The notes under the pieces are model-generated. The model was not told the DNA's origin. It saw only the letters and a list, made by a program, of their open reading frames with translations, and ran no database searches. From Bacillota bacterium (GTDB lineage: Bacteria; Bacillota; UBA4882; UBA8346): a stretch of 64,000 nt of DNA. Of this stretch, positions 50,638-60,287 are shown piece after piece. The translations under genes and the position numbers were made by a program. The stretch's first letter is position 1. Each line of letters starts with the position of its first letter. The stretch covers positions 3,096 to 67,095 of the forward strand of contig JAAYEK010000151.1 of assembly GCA_012728785.1 (NCBI GenBank), written 5' to 3'.

Positions 50638-50779
50638 CTCTGCATCTTAGTTTTTATTAACCTCAATCCGACAAGTCTGTTTCTTAACATTTCTAACTGG
50701 TTACTTGCCGGATGGAAAATAAATGAATATCCCCTCGCTTTATAACACAAGACAAAAAAAGGAAACTGGCCCCAATTAT

Positions 50780-50806
50780 ATTCGATAATTAGTTTCCGTT
50801 TCCTTC
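50780..50806 (-). promoter_or_regulatory. SigH-like promoter of the vgrG cassette
   Basis: Minus strand GAAGGAAAC-N11-ATCGAAT. Confidence 0.55.
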
Positions 50807-50859
50807 TCTAATATTAAAATTTATCTAATTTTGCCAAGTAAATGATTTAGCCTTGAAGT

Positions 50860-50900
50860 AAAAAAAGCTGCCTCGAAATTATTATTACTTCGAGACAGCC
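50860..50900 (-). terminator. Intrinsic terminator between the small gene and the vgrG cassette
   Basis: gctgcctcgaa...ttcgagacagc stem with a T7 run on the minus strand. Confidence 0.7.
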
Positions 50901-50907
50901 CCTGTAT

Positions 50908-51129
50908 TCACTGCATCCTCCGGGCCATTCGGCGGGAAAAGGCTTCGGTGCCGTTTTTTAGAGCCGAAGTCCACCTCATTGTATTATCCCGGACCATTCT
51001 CACGGCGCCACGGGCATTATTTGTCGAAGCGGTATTCATCATCCCTCTTCTCCGGCCGGTCAGCATCACCAAACCAACGGCTGCCCCGACCAAACTCCCG
51101 GTGACCAAACTTCGTAAAACCCTATTCAT
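50908..51129 (-). CDS. Small membrane-associated protein (YtxH-like N-terminus)
   Basis: GAGGTG RBS; LVTGSLVGAAVGLVML glycine zipper. Confidence 0.65.
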   Translation of the reverse strand: MNRVLRSLVTGSLVGAAVGLVMLTGRRRGMMNTASTNNARGAVRMVRDNTMRWTSALKNGTEAFSRRMARRMQ

Positions 51130-51213
51130 ACTATTTCACCTCTTTCCGGTCTTGATCAACTGAAACGAATCAATCCAAAATTATTATTTCCACCGGAAAG
51201 AGAGTTAATTCCC

Positions 51214-52293
51214 TCATTCAAGAGCTCTTTCGATAATTCCGCCCCCCAATACCAGGTCATCCTGGTAAAAAACTACTGCCTGTCCTGGAGTCACCGCCCG
51301 TTGCGGTTCATCAAAAATCACTTCCACTCCTGCACCATATGGCACGATCCGGGCCGAGGCAGGCTTGGCGGCATATCTGATCTTCGCTGTTGCCTTTAAC
51401 TCCCGATCAAAACTGTCAAAAGCAATCCAATTAAGATTGGTGGCAGACAATCTATTAGCAAAAACAGAGTCTGCCGGACCGACAATCACCTCGTTCCGCT
51501 TTGGATCGATAGCGGTCACGAATAACGGGACCCCAGCGGCGATCCCCAACCCTTTACGTTGCCCGATGGTGAAATTGGTGATCCCGGCATGCTCTCCCAA
51601 AACTTTTCCATCTAAATCGACAATTTTTCCAGGTTTAGTCGAACCCGGCCGATATTCCTCGATAAACCGCCGGTAATCCTGATCGGGCACGAAACAGATC
51701 TCCTGGCTCTCCTCTTTGGAAGCTACCGGAAGCTCATATTTAGCGGCAAGCTCTCTGATCTCAACCTTAGGATAACCGCCCAAAGGAAACAGCACGGCTT
51801 CCAGTTGCTCTTGGGTTAAACCGTAAAGGACATAACTTTGGTCTTTGGCCGGATCAATCCCCTTCCTTAATTCCCAACGGCCATCCACAGGCTGCCCGTG
51901 CTTTCGGACATAATGACCGGTAGCCACATATTGACAATCCAAGGCCTTTGCCTTATCCAACAATTTACTAAATTTCAAACTTTGATTACAGACAATACAA
52001 GGGTTAGGCGTCCGGCCTTGTAAATACTCGGCGACAAAATAATCGATCACATTCTCCCGAAAAGAATCGTGGAGATTAAAGATATAATAAGGGATCCCCA
52101 ACTTAGCGGCTACCGCCCGGGCATCCTCCACCGCCTCCAACGTACAGCACCCGTCTTCACCGTCGTTACCAGGCAAATCCGAAGACCAAAGCTGCATCGT
52201 CGCGCCAATCACTTCATGTCCTTGTTCCAGAAGGAGGGCCCCAGCCACTGAACTGTCCACTCCCCCGCTCATCGCCACCAATACTCTTGCCAT
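51214..52293 (-). CDS. mnmA: tRNA 2-thiouridylase MnmA
   Basis: [44 protein letters not shown]. Confidence 0.98.
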   Translation of the reverse strand: MARVLVAMSGGVDSSVAGALLLEQGHEVIGATMQLWSSDLPGNDGEDGCCTLEAVEDARAVAAKLGIPYYIFNLHDSFRENVIDYFVAEYLQGRTPNPCIVCNQSLKFSKLLDKAKALDCQYVATGHYVRKHGQPVDGRWELRKGIDPAKDQSYVLYGLTQEQLEAVLFPLGGYPKVEIRELAAKYELPVASKEESQEICFVPDQDYRRFIEEYRPGSTKPGKIVDLDGKVLGEHAGITNFTIGQRKGLGIAAGVPLFVTAIDPKRNEVIVGPADSVFANRLSATNLNWIAFDSFDRELKATAKIRYAAKPASARIVPYGAGVEVIFDEPQRAVTPGQAVVFYQDDLVLGGGIIERALE

Positions 52294-52409
52294 TTGATCA
52301 TCCGTTCTCTATTTCGTTACCTGTAAGATGTTAAACATGGAAACACATCCGGGTACATTAATTTCTCCGATTTACATTCACTTACAAAACCCGTAAGGCG
52401 TAATCGGTT

Positions 52410-52784
52410 TTAACCCGCAACAACCTTAGCTCGATAATCCTCAATCGCCTTATGCACTGCGTCGGCGGCTAAATTCGAACAATGCATCTTTTGTGGGGGC
52501 AGTCCATCCAGAGCTTCCGCCACTGCTTTGTTTGTGATCCGTAAAGCTTCATCCAAGGTTTTACCTTTCACCATCTCCGTCACCATGCTACTGGTGGCGA
52601 TGGCTGCACCGCAGCCGAAGGTCTTAAACTTAACGTCGGCGATTCGGTCGTCCTCAACCTTGAGATAAATCTTCATAATATCTCCACAAACCACGTTACC
52701 TACCTCACCGATGCCGTCGGCATCAACTATTTCACCTACATTGCGCGGGTTTTGAAAATGATCCATTACCTTGTCAGTGTACAT
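52410..52784 (-). CDS. iscU: Fe-S scaffold IscU/NifU (Clostridial type)
   Basis: MYTDKVMDHFQNPRNVG, CGD, FGCGAAIA, KMHCSNL. Confidence 0.96.
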   Translation of the reverse strand: MYTDKVMDHFQNPRNVGEIVDADGIGEVGNVVCGDIMKIYLKVEDDRIADVKFKTFGCGAAIATSSMVTEMVKGKTLDEALRITNKAVAEALDGLPPQKMHCSNLAADAVHKAIEDYRAKVVAG

Positions 52785-53965
52785 GTCGAACACTCCTTTC
52801 GCTCCGAGTTATAAATTGGTGACATGGCTCTAAGTTTAGTAACGATTTCCGGCAGTACTTCCAACAGGTAATCAATTTCTTCCTTAGTAGTCGACTTTCC
52901 CAAAGTCAACCGGAGCGATCCGTGGGCGATTTCATGGCAAATACCCATTGCCAGTAATACATGAGAAGGTTCAAGGGAACCGGAGGTACAAGCCGAACCA
53001 CTGGATGCGGCGATCCCCTTGAGGTCCAGATTTAATAAGAGTGATTCCCCCTCGAGAAATTCGAAACTGAAATTGACGTTTCCAGGTAGCCTCCGGTTCC
53101 GGTCCCCGTTCAAACGGACATGTTCGAAACCGGACAACAGATTGTCGATTAAATAGTCCCGTAAAGCGCTGATTCGAGTCATATTTTGCTCTAGTTCGGA
53201 ATTGGCCAGGCTTAACGCTTTAGCCATTCCAACAATTCCAGCGACATTCTCCGTACCGGCCCGCCGGTTATGTTCCTGACCACCACCGTAAATCAAAGGC
53301 ACCAGCTTTACGCCCTTACGGACGTATAAAGCGCCAACGCCCTTCGGGCCGTAAAACTTGTGGGCCGACATTGACAAAAGATCCACCGAAAGCTCTTTGA
53401 CGTTTACCGGAATCGAGCCTACCGTTTGAACGGCATCAGTATGGAAGAGGATATTTCTCTCCCTTAATAACTTACCAATAGTTGCAATCGGTTGGATGGT
53501 CCCAACCTCGTTATTGGCGTGCATGATTGAGACTAAAATAGTACGATTGGTTAATGCATTGATTAGATCATCGGGATTGACTATTCCCTCGCGGTTCACC
53601 GGGACGATGGTCAGCTCAAAACCTTCCTTTTCCAAAGCTTTACAGGTGTCATAAACCGCATGGTGTTCGATGGCGGAGGTTATGATCTGATTCCCCCGGT
53701 TACGATAAGCTGCGGCTATTCCTCGCAAAGCCATATTATCACTTTCCGAGCCGCTGCCGGTAAAGATAATCTCGCTGGGTTCGGCGGCGCCGATCTCTCC
53801 GGCAATAACCGCCCTAGCGTCCTTAATAACCTTTCGATTCTCCCGCCCAAATGAATGAATGCTGGAAGGATTGGCAAAATGCTCCCCTAGGTAAGGCAAG
53901 ATCGCTTCCAAAACTCTTGGGTCAACCGGAGTAGTGGCGGCATGGTCGAGATAAATCCGCTTCAT
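52766..53965 (-). CDS. iscS: Cysteine desulfurase IscS/NifS
   Basis: YLDHAATT, HTDAVQ, SAHKFYGPKG, SSGSACTS. Confidence 0.97.
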   Translation of the reverse strand: MKRIYLDHAATTPVDPRVLEAILPYLGEHFANPSSIHSFGRENRKVIKDARAVIAGEIGAAEPSEIIFTGSGSESDNMALRGIAAAYRNRGNQIITSAIEHHAVYDTCKALEKEGFELTIVPVNREGIVNPDDLINALTNRTILVSIMHANNEVGTIQPIATIGKLLRERNILFHTDAVQTVGSIPVNVKELSVDLLSMSAHKFYGPKGVGALYVRKGVKLVPLIYGGGQEHNRRAGTENVAGIVGMAKALSLANSELEQNMTRISALRDYLIDNLLSGFEHVRLNGDRNRRLPGNVNFSFEFLEGESLLLNLDLKGIAASSGSACTSGSLEPSHVLLAMGICHEIAHGSLRLTLGKSTTKEEIDYLLEVLPEIVTKLRAMSPIYNSERKECSTCTLTR

Positions 53966-54007
53966 TTAACATCCCTTCTTACTAATTAATGAATCCTAAT
54001 TAAGTTT

Positions 54008-54032
54008 AATTCCCACTAATTCACTAGACTTT
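54008..54032. promoter_or_regulatory. Putative IscR/CymR (Rrf2) operator just downstream of the iscS promoter
   Basis: Imperfect 25-bp palindrome aattcccactaattcactagacttt resembling type-1 IscR boxes. Confidence 0.45.
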
Positions 54033-54038
54033 GCTTAA

Positions 54039-54067
54039 ATCCTACCACACTCCCACTGGACTGTCAG
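54039..54067 (-). promoter_or_regulatory. SigA-type promoter of iscS-iscU-mnmA
   Basis: CTGACA-N17-TAGGAT with an extended TG. Confidence 0.55.
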
Positions 54068-54100
54068 TAACTAATTTAACCATATTGAATAATTTATGGT

Positions 54101-55147
54101 TTAAAAAATATATTCTTTCTTCACATATGGCGAAGTCATCAACGCCAACAGACCCCAGTAACTTGGCGCAAAACCAATAACAGATCCGACTTGGTATTTT
54201 TCACGACTTGCCAATACTAAATAATCACTACTGCCGCCTAAGATTTGAAGCCCCGGTTCAAGTGGGGTCAACCCGGATAAAGGGGTATCCTGTTGACCAA
54301 GATTGATTAAAAGCCGGTATCCATCCGGCGCTTCTAACTTCTCCGGTTCCTGTCCAAAAGCGTCCCGCCCGATTTCCCCGTCGGCCCGGGCCGGTTTCCA
54401 TCTGCTTTGCAGCACTTCGGCTTCAACTAAAAATGAGTCGGAAAACAAATCCGGGAGAACTGCTCCGGTCAACGTCTCCCGGCCTAATAAAATTCCTTCA
54501 CCAACCCGGAGATGATTTATTCCCTCGGGTAAATTATTAGAGTACAACAAAGGAAGGCTGCTGGAGTTTCCACCCGAAACATAGTGGATCGGCAAATGAA
54601 ATTCTTCTTTTAACAAAGCGGCGATCTCTATTAAAGTATTCAACTTCGCCCTGGTAGGTTTGACCCCGGCCAAACAAGAAAAATTAGCCCCCACTCCGAT
54701 TACTTCCGTGTGCTTTAGTTCACCACAAAAGCCCGCCAATTCAAGTATTTCGTTTTCCAAAACGCCTTCGCGCCGGTCCCCCAGATCCACCATCAAGATA
54801 ATTTGATGATGACCGCCAATACCTTCAAGAGCGGCGATGGTTTCCGGTTCCGAGTTGAGACTGGTGTCGGCAAAGCGGACTACTTTTTTCAGCTTACTAA
54901 TGCCGGGCAGACGCAGTAAAACCCGGTTCACTCCCGGCAAAACACTGTACCGTTCCAAGTTTTCAATCCGCGAATCGCCCAGTTCCTTCAGCCCGGCAGC
55001 GACTAAAGCCTCTACAATCCGAAAATCACCGGCGATTCCTTTTACCACTCCCGTTAAAGCCACTCCATTCCGGCGGCATTGGGATTCGAGCCTTTCAAAA
55101 TTATGTGCTATTTTGGAAATATTGATTACAATTCGGGGTAAAGCCAT
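54101..55147 (-). CDS. Alanine/ornithine racemase-family PLP enzyme (Orr/YhfX-like)
   Basis: GVVKG, DSRIENL, MVDLGDRREG, SGGNSSS, NHLRVGEGILLG, GGSSDY. Confidence 0.85.
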   Translation of the reverse strand: MALPRIVINISKIAHNFERLESQCRRNGVALTGVVKGIAGDFRIVEALVAAGLKELGDSRIENLERYSVLPGVNRVLLRLPGISKLKKVVRFADTSLNSEPETIAALEGIGGHHQIILMVDLGDRREGVLENEILELAGFCGELKHTEVIGVGANFSCLAGVKPTRAKLNTLIEIAALLKEEFHLPIHYVSGGNSSSLPLLYSNNLPEGINHLRVGEGILLGRETLTGAVLPDLFSDSFLVEAEVLQSRWKPARADGEIGRDAFGQEPEKLEAPDGYRLLINLGQQDTPLSGLTPLEPGLQILGGSSDYLVLASREKYQVGSVIGFAPSYWGLLALMTSPYVKKEYIF

Positions 55148-55148
55148 C

Positions 55149-56489
55149 TTATTCCTCAGTTCTTCCCTTTTGAGATTTAATCCGATCCAAATAGGTCCGA
55201 ATTTCTTTTTCATAACCCCGCTCAGTCGGTTGATAATAGTATTTACCTAATAAATTTGCAGGCAAATAATCTTGATTGACAATTCCCTCCGGATAATTAT
55301 GGGGATAGAGATAGCCGACACCATCTCCCAGCTTAGCAGCGCCCGGATGGGATGAATCCCTTAAGTGGGCTGGAACGTTCCGGTTTTCAAGGTTTTGAAC
55401 ATCGGCCATTGCCTGATGGATCGCCTCACAGCTAGCATTGGACTTGGGAGCGGTAGCGATATAAATTGCCGCTTGGGCCATGGGAATCTGGGCTTCAGGT
55501 AGACCAACCATCTCCAAAGCTTGCGCTGCGGCAACCGCCACCAATAGGGCCCGAGGATCAGCATTGCCGACATCTTCAGCGGCGTGAACAATCATCCTGC
55601 GGGCGATGAATTTAGGATCTTCCCCGGCGCTGATCATTCGAGCCAGATAATAAACAGCCGCATCAGGGTCTGAGCCCCGCATTGACTTGATAAAAGCCGA
55701 GATGGTATCATAATGGTTCTGTCCGTCCCGATCATATACAATCGGCCGTTGTTGGATACAATCGGCTAAAATATCTAAAGTTAAAATGATCTTTCCCGAA
55801 TCCGGGTCGGATTTAGTAGTCAGCGCCGCCAGTTCCAAGGCGTTCAAAGCAATCCGGGCATCGCCGTCGGCTTTATTGATTAAAAACTCCAGGGCGGACT
55901 GGTCCAGCTCCACCCGGTAATCACCTAACCCCCGTTCCCCATCGGAAAGAGCCTTGCCGATAATCTGTTTTAAGGCATCCTTAGTTAAGGTGGTAAACCG
56001 AAAGATCATGCTTCTGGAAATCAAGGGCGAGTTCACTTCATAGAGAGGATTTTCGGTAGTGGCCCCGATCAACAAAATTGTGCCGTCTTCAACCGCCGGA
56101 AGTAAGGCATCTTGTTGCGACTTATTAAAACGGTGAATCTCATCAATAAATAAAATCGTCTTTCGTTGGTATAGTTGATATCTTTCCCGGGCCTCAGCAA
56201 TCAGCCGCCGGATATCAGCGACACCGGCAGTGACGGCGTTTATACTTTCAAAAACAGCACTGGTCGTATTGGCGATAATTCGGGCCAAGGTCGTTTTTCC
56301 GGTCCCCGGTGGTCCGTAAAAGATCATCGACCTGAGCCGGTCGGCCTCGATCGCTCTCCGGAGCAACCGCCCCGGCCCTATTATTTCATCCTGTCCTTTA
56401 AATTCTTCGAGATTCCGCGGGCGCATCCTAGCGGCCAACGGCGCTTCTTTTTGAAGATTTGTTTCCGCGTTGGATGAAAAAAGATCCAT
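55149..56489 (-). CDS. rarA: Replication-associated recombination ATPase RarA/MgsA
   Basis: PLAARMRP, GPPGTGKTT, DEIHRFNKSQQD, SAFIKSMRGSDPDAA. Confidence 0.97.
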   Translation of the reverse strand: MDLFSSNAETNLQKEAPLAARMRPRNLEEFKGQDEIIGPGRLLRRAIEADRLRSMIFYGPPGTGKTTLARIIANTTSAVFESINAVTAGVADIRRLIAEARERYQLYQRKTILFIDEIHRFNKSQQDALLPAVEDGTILLIGATTENPLYEVNSPLISRSMIFRFTTLTKDALKQIIGKALSDGERGLGDYRVELDQSALEFLINKADGDARIALNALELAALTTKSDPDSGKIILTLDILADCIQQRPIVYDRDGQNHYDTISAFIKSMRGSDPDAAVYYLARMISAGEDPKFIARRMIVHAAEDVGNADPRALLVAVAAAQALEMVGLPEAQIPMAQAAIYIATAPKSNASCEAIHQAMADVQNLENRNVPAHLRDSSHPGAAKLGDGVGYLYPHNYPEGIVNQDYLPANLLGKYYYQPTERGYEKEIRTYLDRIKSQKGRTEE

Positions 56490-56539
56490 AATCCTATCAC
56501 CTCGACAGCTTTTTACTAGAACCCTTGCCTATTCTAATA

Positions 56540-56568
56540 AATATAAACTGTGGGATAATTGCTGTCAA
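56540..56568 (-). promoter_or_regulatory. SigA-type promoter of rarA
   Basis: TTGACA-N17-TATATT. Confidence 0.65.
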
Positions 56569-56654
56569 GTCTCGCTTCCCGTCGCTCGTCAATGAGCTTG
56601 CCTTTGTGGACTCAAGTTTATACTCGTGATCGTAATTGGGTTTCGAAATTGTGG

Positions 56655-57383
56655 TTAGCTTTCCGAGATCTTCAGCATTTTTACTATACCTTGTGGATCA
56701 ATCAAAAACCTTAAGACCAAATCCCCCCGATCAGCTTGATAATCAACTTGCCACCGATCGTAATTATAATCAATATCGATTAATTTTCCTAGTTTAATCG
56801 AATTAAACTCCGCCCAAGTCTGCGCCGCCCGTTCCGCTTCGGAAAGAGATTTTACTTCGCCGTTTCCAGTGGCAACCGTAGCTTCAAAACTATCCCAAGG
56901 GAATTTTGGCGAAAAGCCCGCCACTTGTTCCGGCAATACCCAGTCACCCTCTTTGAGGCTGATGCTTACCCGGTAAGGACCGGAGATTTGATATTTTTGA
57001 ATATTGCCAGTAGTAAAGGTCAGTTCGATCCTGGAATGAGCAGGCGACCATTTAAAAGGCATCACCGTTGTAGCCAATCCTAACCATTCACCTTTTTTTT
57101 GCCCTTCCAAATTTCCAGTGACTACAAAGTCCCCTTCCCGATAAGCTTGAATGTCCAATTTAAAAACGACAGCCTCCGGTTTTTGATCTTGATCAACATC
57201 GACCAATTCAAAAACGCCGGGCAACATTAATTGGACCTGTTCGTCAAGGATTACCTCATCTTGATTAGCGTCGCTAGGAAGCATAAAAAACAAGCTGATT
57301 CCGATCACCACTCCGATTATTAAGACTTTTTTGACCAAAAAAATCACTCCGTATCGTTTTACGGAGCAGTTTCGCTTTATCAT
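56655..57383 (-). CDS. Hypothetical exported protein (beta-rich, PepSY-like C-terminus)
   Basis: Signal/TM, beta-rich middle, EAERAA...WQVDY...FLIDPQG; start uncertain. Confidence 0.55.
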   Translation of the reverse strand: MIKRNCSVKRYGVIFLVKKVLIIGVVIGISLFFMLPSDANQDEVILDEQVQLMLPGVFELVDVDQDQKPEAVVFKLDIQAYREGDFVVTGNLEGQKKGEWLGLATTVMPFKWSPAHSRIELTFTTGNIQKYQISGPYRVSISLKEGDWVLPEQVAGFSPKFPWDSFEATVATGNGEVKSLSEAERAAQTWAEFNSIKLGKLIDIDYNYDRWQVDYQADRGDLVLRFLIDPQGIVKMLKISES

Positions 57384-57471
57384 TTAACAAACCTTTATGT
57401 AAAATTCGCCAACCCAATCAAAATGAGCCTATTCAAAGTTGAGGAATACAAGAGTTAGGAGTCCTTCTAAG

Positions 57472-57828
57472 CTAAGAAAAAGCGACCCGGTTAACGACTC
57501 TAAGCACTTGAGTTCTTTTTAAAGGCTTTAGTATAAAATCCCGAGCCCCTATTTTTAAGGCCTTCACAATCTGTTCCCGGGAATTTTCTGTGGTACAAAT
57601 GATAATTTTGACCCGTTGATTATCTTTCAAAAAATAACGGATTGATTCCATAGCGTCATTATCGGGCATAAACAGATCCTTAATTATGACCTCCGGCCGG
57701 AGACTTACCGAAAGTTTTTGGGCTTCCGGGAATGTCCCGGCTTCATATACTTCAAACCCTTCGTTTTTCAAGAAATCCTTAATAATCATCCGCATCAAGG
57801 GTGAATCATCGACGATTAAAATTCTCAC
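57472..57828 (-). CDS. Single-domain CheY-like response regulator
   Basis: IVDDS, phospho-acceptor D in KDLFMP, GARDFILKP. Confidence 0.88.
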   Translation of the reverse strand: MRILIVDDSPLMRMIIKDFLKNEGFEVYEAGTFPEAQKLSVSLRPEVIIKDLFMPDNDAMESIRYFLKDNQRVKIIICTTENSREQIVKALKIGARDFILKPLKRTQVLRVVNRVAFS

Positions 57829-57867
57829 CTACCAAAAGCACCCCCTAAACCGGATCTATGATTATAG

Positions 57868-57895
57868 GTTCGCTCTAATTAAATTATTTCCCTTC
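57868..57895 (-). promoter_or_regulatory. SigH-like promoter of the orphan CheY-like gene
   Basis: GAAGGGAAA-N12-AGCGAAC. Confidence 0.4.
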
Positions 57896-57952
57896 AATTA
57901 TTTGCTATTTATTTTAATAACTTATAAATCAACATTTGTAAATATCCCGTTT

Positions 57953-58288
57953 TCATTGGGGGACCTCATCTCCGGTATGAACCTGATACGACCAGTTACG
58001 CCCGTAGTTGTTATCCCAATTTTGGGCGTTGTCACGGAAACAAAAGTTTAATTGAGAAGGTTCATCGACATTTATAGTAACCGACCAACTGCCGTCCCGC
58101 CCTTTTCTCATTTGAAGGTCAATCGATTTTTCCCATTTAGAACCATATCCGGCATGTAGAAATACTTTCTCAGCTTTAGCCTCAGCCAAAAGCCCTTTAT
58201 ATTTAATCCTAACCTCATCACCTAAGGTTATTGGAACTGGTTCCATAAAGATCCCATCAGCCACTTCTTCCAATTTTTTTCTGGACAT
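57953..58288 (-). CDS. Small starch/carbohydrate-binding module protein (CBM53/CBM25-like)
   Basis: IKYKGLL, VFLHAGY...W, LNFCFRD..NWDNNYGRNW; AGGAGG RBS. Confidence 0.85.
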   Translation of the reverse strand: MSRKKLEEVADGIFMEPVPITLGDEVRIKYKGLLAEAKAEKVFLHAGYGSKWEKSIDLQMRKGRDGSWSVTINVDEPSQLNFCFRDNAQNWDNNYGRNWSYQVHTGDEVPQ

Positions 58289-58321
58289 ACTTCTATTCCT
58301 CCTTCTAAAATATCTTGGCAT

Positions 58322-58350
58322 TAGTATGTCCGTATTTTAATTGCTTAAAC
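58322..58350 (-). promoter_or_regulatory. SigF/SigG-type forespore promoter of the CBM gene
   Basis: GTTTA-N14-GGACATACTA. Confidence 0.5.
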
Positions 58351-58361
58351 TATTTAATCCA

Positions 58362-59075
58362 TTAGGAGAAACCTTCTTGGTCGTTTCGGGTAACCTTTAG
58401 TAAATCCTTAAAAATTATCCACGGATAAACCAGTGAGGGACTTGCTTTAAATTCCAAATATTCTTTGGTAGTAGGATGTTGAAACTGGAGTTCAAAGGAG
58501 AATAATGCCAGTTGCTCTCCTGGGTGATTGAGTCTAGACCCGTATTTTTGATCGCCATAGAGCGGATGACCGATAGCAGCCAATTGCACCCTTATCTGAT
58601 GGGACCGTCCCGTGCCCAGGACTATTTTTAATAAACTCAGTTGCTCCCGTTTCCCAACAACCCCATAATCAAGAATAGCTTCCTTAGCGCCGGGAATAGG
58701 CTTTGCAACAACCGATACAACATTGCGGCCGAAATCTTTGACTAAATAATTGGTTAACCGGCCTTGATCGGTGGCCAAATACCCCCGAACCACCGCGAAA
58801 TAATGCTTTCCAAAACCTCCTTCTCGAATCTGAGCTGACAAACGAGAGGCCGCCTTAGAAGTTTTGGCGAAAACCATTACTCCGCCTACCGGACGATCAA
58901 GGCGGTGTATTAACCCCAGATAAACGTTACCCGGTTTTTGATAACGGTTTTTGAGATCATTCTTCAAATATGATAAAAGGTCCAGATCCCCGGAAGAATC
59001 ACTTTGGGTTGGCATATTGGCCGGTTTTTCCACCACTAATAAATGATTATCTTCAAAAATAATCTTAATCTCCAA
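58362..59075 (-). CDS. RluA/RluD-family pseudouridine synthase
   Basis: VVEKP, HRLDRPVGG, TGRSHQIRVQL, GDQKYG. Confidence 0.93.
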   Translation of the reverse strand: MEIKIIFEDNHLLVVEKPANMPTQSDSSGDLDLLSYLKNDLKNRYQKPGNVYLGLIHRLDRPVGGVMVFAKTSKAASRLSAQIREGGFGKHYFAVVRGYLATDQGRLTNYLVKDFGRNVVSVVAKPIPGAKEAILDYGVVGKREQLSLLKIVLGTGRSHQIRVQLAAIGHPLYGDQKYGSRLNHPGEQLALFSFELQFQHPTTKEYLEFKASPSLVYPWIIFKDLLKVTRNDQEGFS

Positions 59076-59078
59076 AGC

Positions 59079-59948
59079 TCACTCCCTTGCCTCCCATCGC
59101 CCCGATGCCCCACAAGGAAGGACCAATTTTGCAGCCGTTACCGGTAATCCAATCTCCGCAGCGGTTATTGTTCCAGTATGTCTCCTCCCCACAGTTAATG
59201 CCAGTATGTTGTTTAAGACACCCGGCGCTAAACCGGTGGTATAAGAGTTGATCAAAAAGAATAATGGTTCTTCCGTAAGCAACTCCGCACAAAGTCTGGT
59301 TAAACTGTATAACTCATCTTCGATCTTCCAGATCTCCCCGTTAGGACCTCTCCCAAAAGAAGGCGGGTCCATAATAACACCATGATATAAACGGCCTCGC
59401 CGCTTTTCACGGTTGACAAATTTGATTGTATCATCAACGAGCCAACGGATTGGCCGATCCGCCAAATTCGAAAGGTTTGCGTTCTCTCTAGCCCAAGTAA
59501 CCATGCCTTTTGCCGCATCTACATGGCAAACTTCTGCTCCAGCTGAGGCTGCAGCCAAGGTGGCGCCTCCGGTATAGGCAAATAAATTTAAGACGCGGAT
59601 TGGAGAGGTACGGGTTTTAATTAACCCTGCCAACCAGTCCCAGTTGACAGCTTGTTCGGGAAAAAGACCGGTATGCTTAAAACCAGTCGGCCGAATATAA
59701 AACTTAAGTGAACGATAGCTTAGACTCCACCGTTCCGGTAATCCCTTTAAAAAGTCCCATCTTCCTCCGCCGCTATTGCTGCGGGTATAATGTCCATGAA
59801 CTTCATTCCATGCTTTTTTGCCCAGCGTGGCCGGCCAAATAACCTGCGGGTCCGGTCTCCTTAATATAAAACGGCCCCAACGTTCCAACCTCTCACCATC
59901 ACCCGTATCCATTAGCTCATAGTCTTGCCACCCATCACTCACAAACAC
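59079..59948 (-). CDS. RlmI-like class I SAM-dependent rRNA methyltransferase
   Basis: GERLERWG, HTGLFPEQA, LNLFAYTGG, MDPPSFGRG; GTG at 59948 follows GGAGG. Confidence 0.88.
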   Translation of the reverse strand: MFVSDGWQDYELMDTGDGERLERWGRFILRRPDPQVIWPATLGKKAWNEVHGHYTRSNSGGGRWDFLKGLPERWSLSYRSLKFYIRPTGFKHTGLFPEQAVNWDWLAGLIKTRTSPIRVLNLFAYTGGATLAAASAGAEVCHVDAAKGMVTWARENANLSNLADRPIRWLVDDTIKFVNREKRRGRLYHGVIMDPPSFGRGPNGEIWKIEDELYSLTRLCAELLTEEPLFFLINSYTTGLAPGVLNNILALTVGRRHTGTITAAEIGLPVTAAKLVLPCGASGRWEARE

Positions 59949-59989
59949 CGGCTGATAACCTCCAAATTCTCCAACTGTAATATGGACAA

Positions 59990-60018
59990 ATTCTATCATT
60001 ACCATCATATTAAATCAA
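59990..60018 (-). promoter_or_regulatory. SigA-type promoter of the methyltransferase-rluA pair
   Basis: TTGATT-N17-TAGAAT with an extended TG. Confidence 0.55.
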
Positions 60019-60092
60019 CAAGCCCTTAAAGGGAATTGATTTGACTCTTGATGAACAACAAGTCTTAAAGCTACGGGGCGGACATAAATAAA

Positions 60093-60165
60093 ATGGATTT
60101 ATGGGATTTTTTTGAACCCATTTTGATTTTGGTTTTTAAATCCTTGTAAATCCCGTTAATCCTAT
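60093..60165. repeat. Nonamer/decamer-based imperfect inverted repeat
   Basis: atggattt atgggattt opposed to aaatccttgt aaatcccgtt aatcctat. Confidence 0.45.
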
Positions 60166-60195
60166 CTCAAAAAATGTCTAGATCAATGTAGACAC

Positions 60196-60222
60196 AAAAA
60201 ATGGGGCAGCAGAGCCGCTCCC
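60196..60222 (-). terminator. Terminator after the second cheW
   Basis: tggggcagc...gccgctccca stem with T6 on the minus strand. Confidence 0.5.
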
Positions 60223-60287
60223 AGTAATAGTTCAAACAATAACACCCATAGGTATCCTCCGAGTTAATATCAAATTTGACATGAAAA

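Noticed and set aside
56549..56558. DnaA box in the rarA promoter spacer
   Set aside because: TTATCCCACA has an extra base relative to TTATCCACA and is isolated
56490..56654. 6S RNA upstream of rarA
   Set aside because: The spacer is short, partly occupied by the rarA promoter, and lacks a long rod-like self-complementarity
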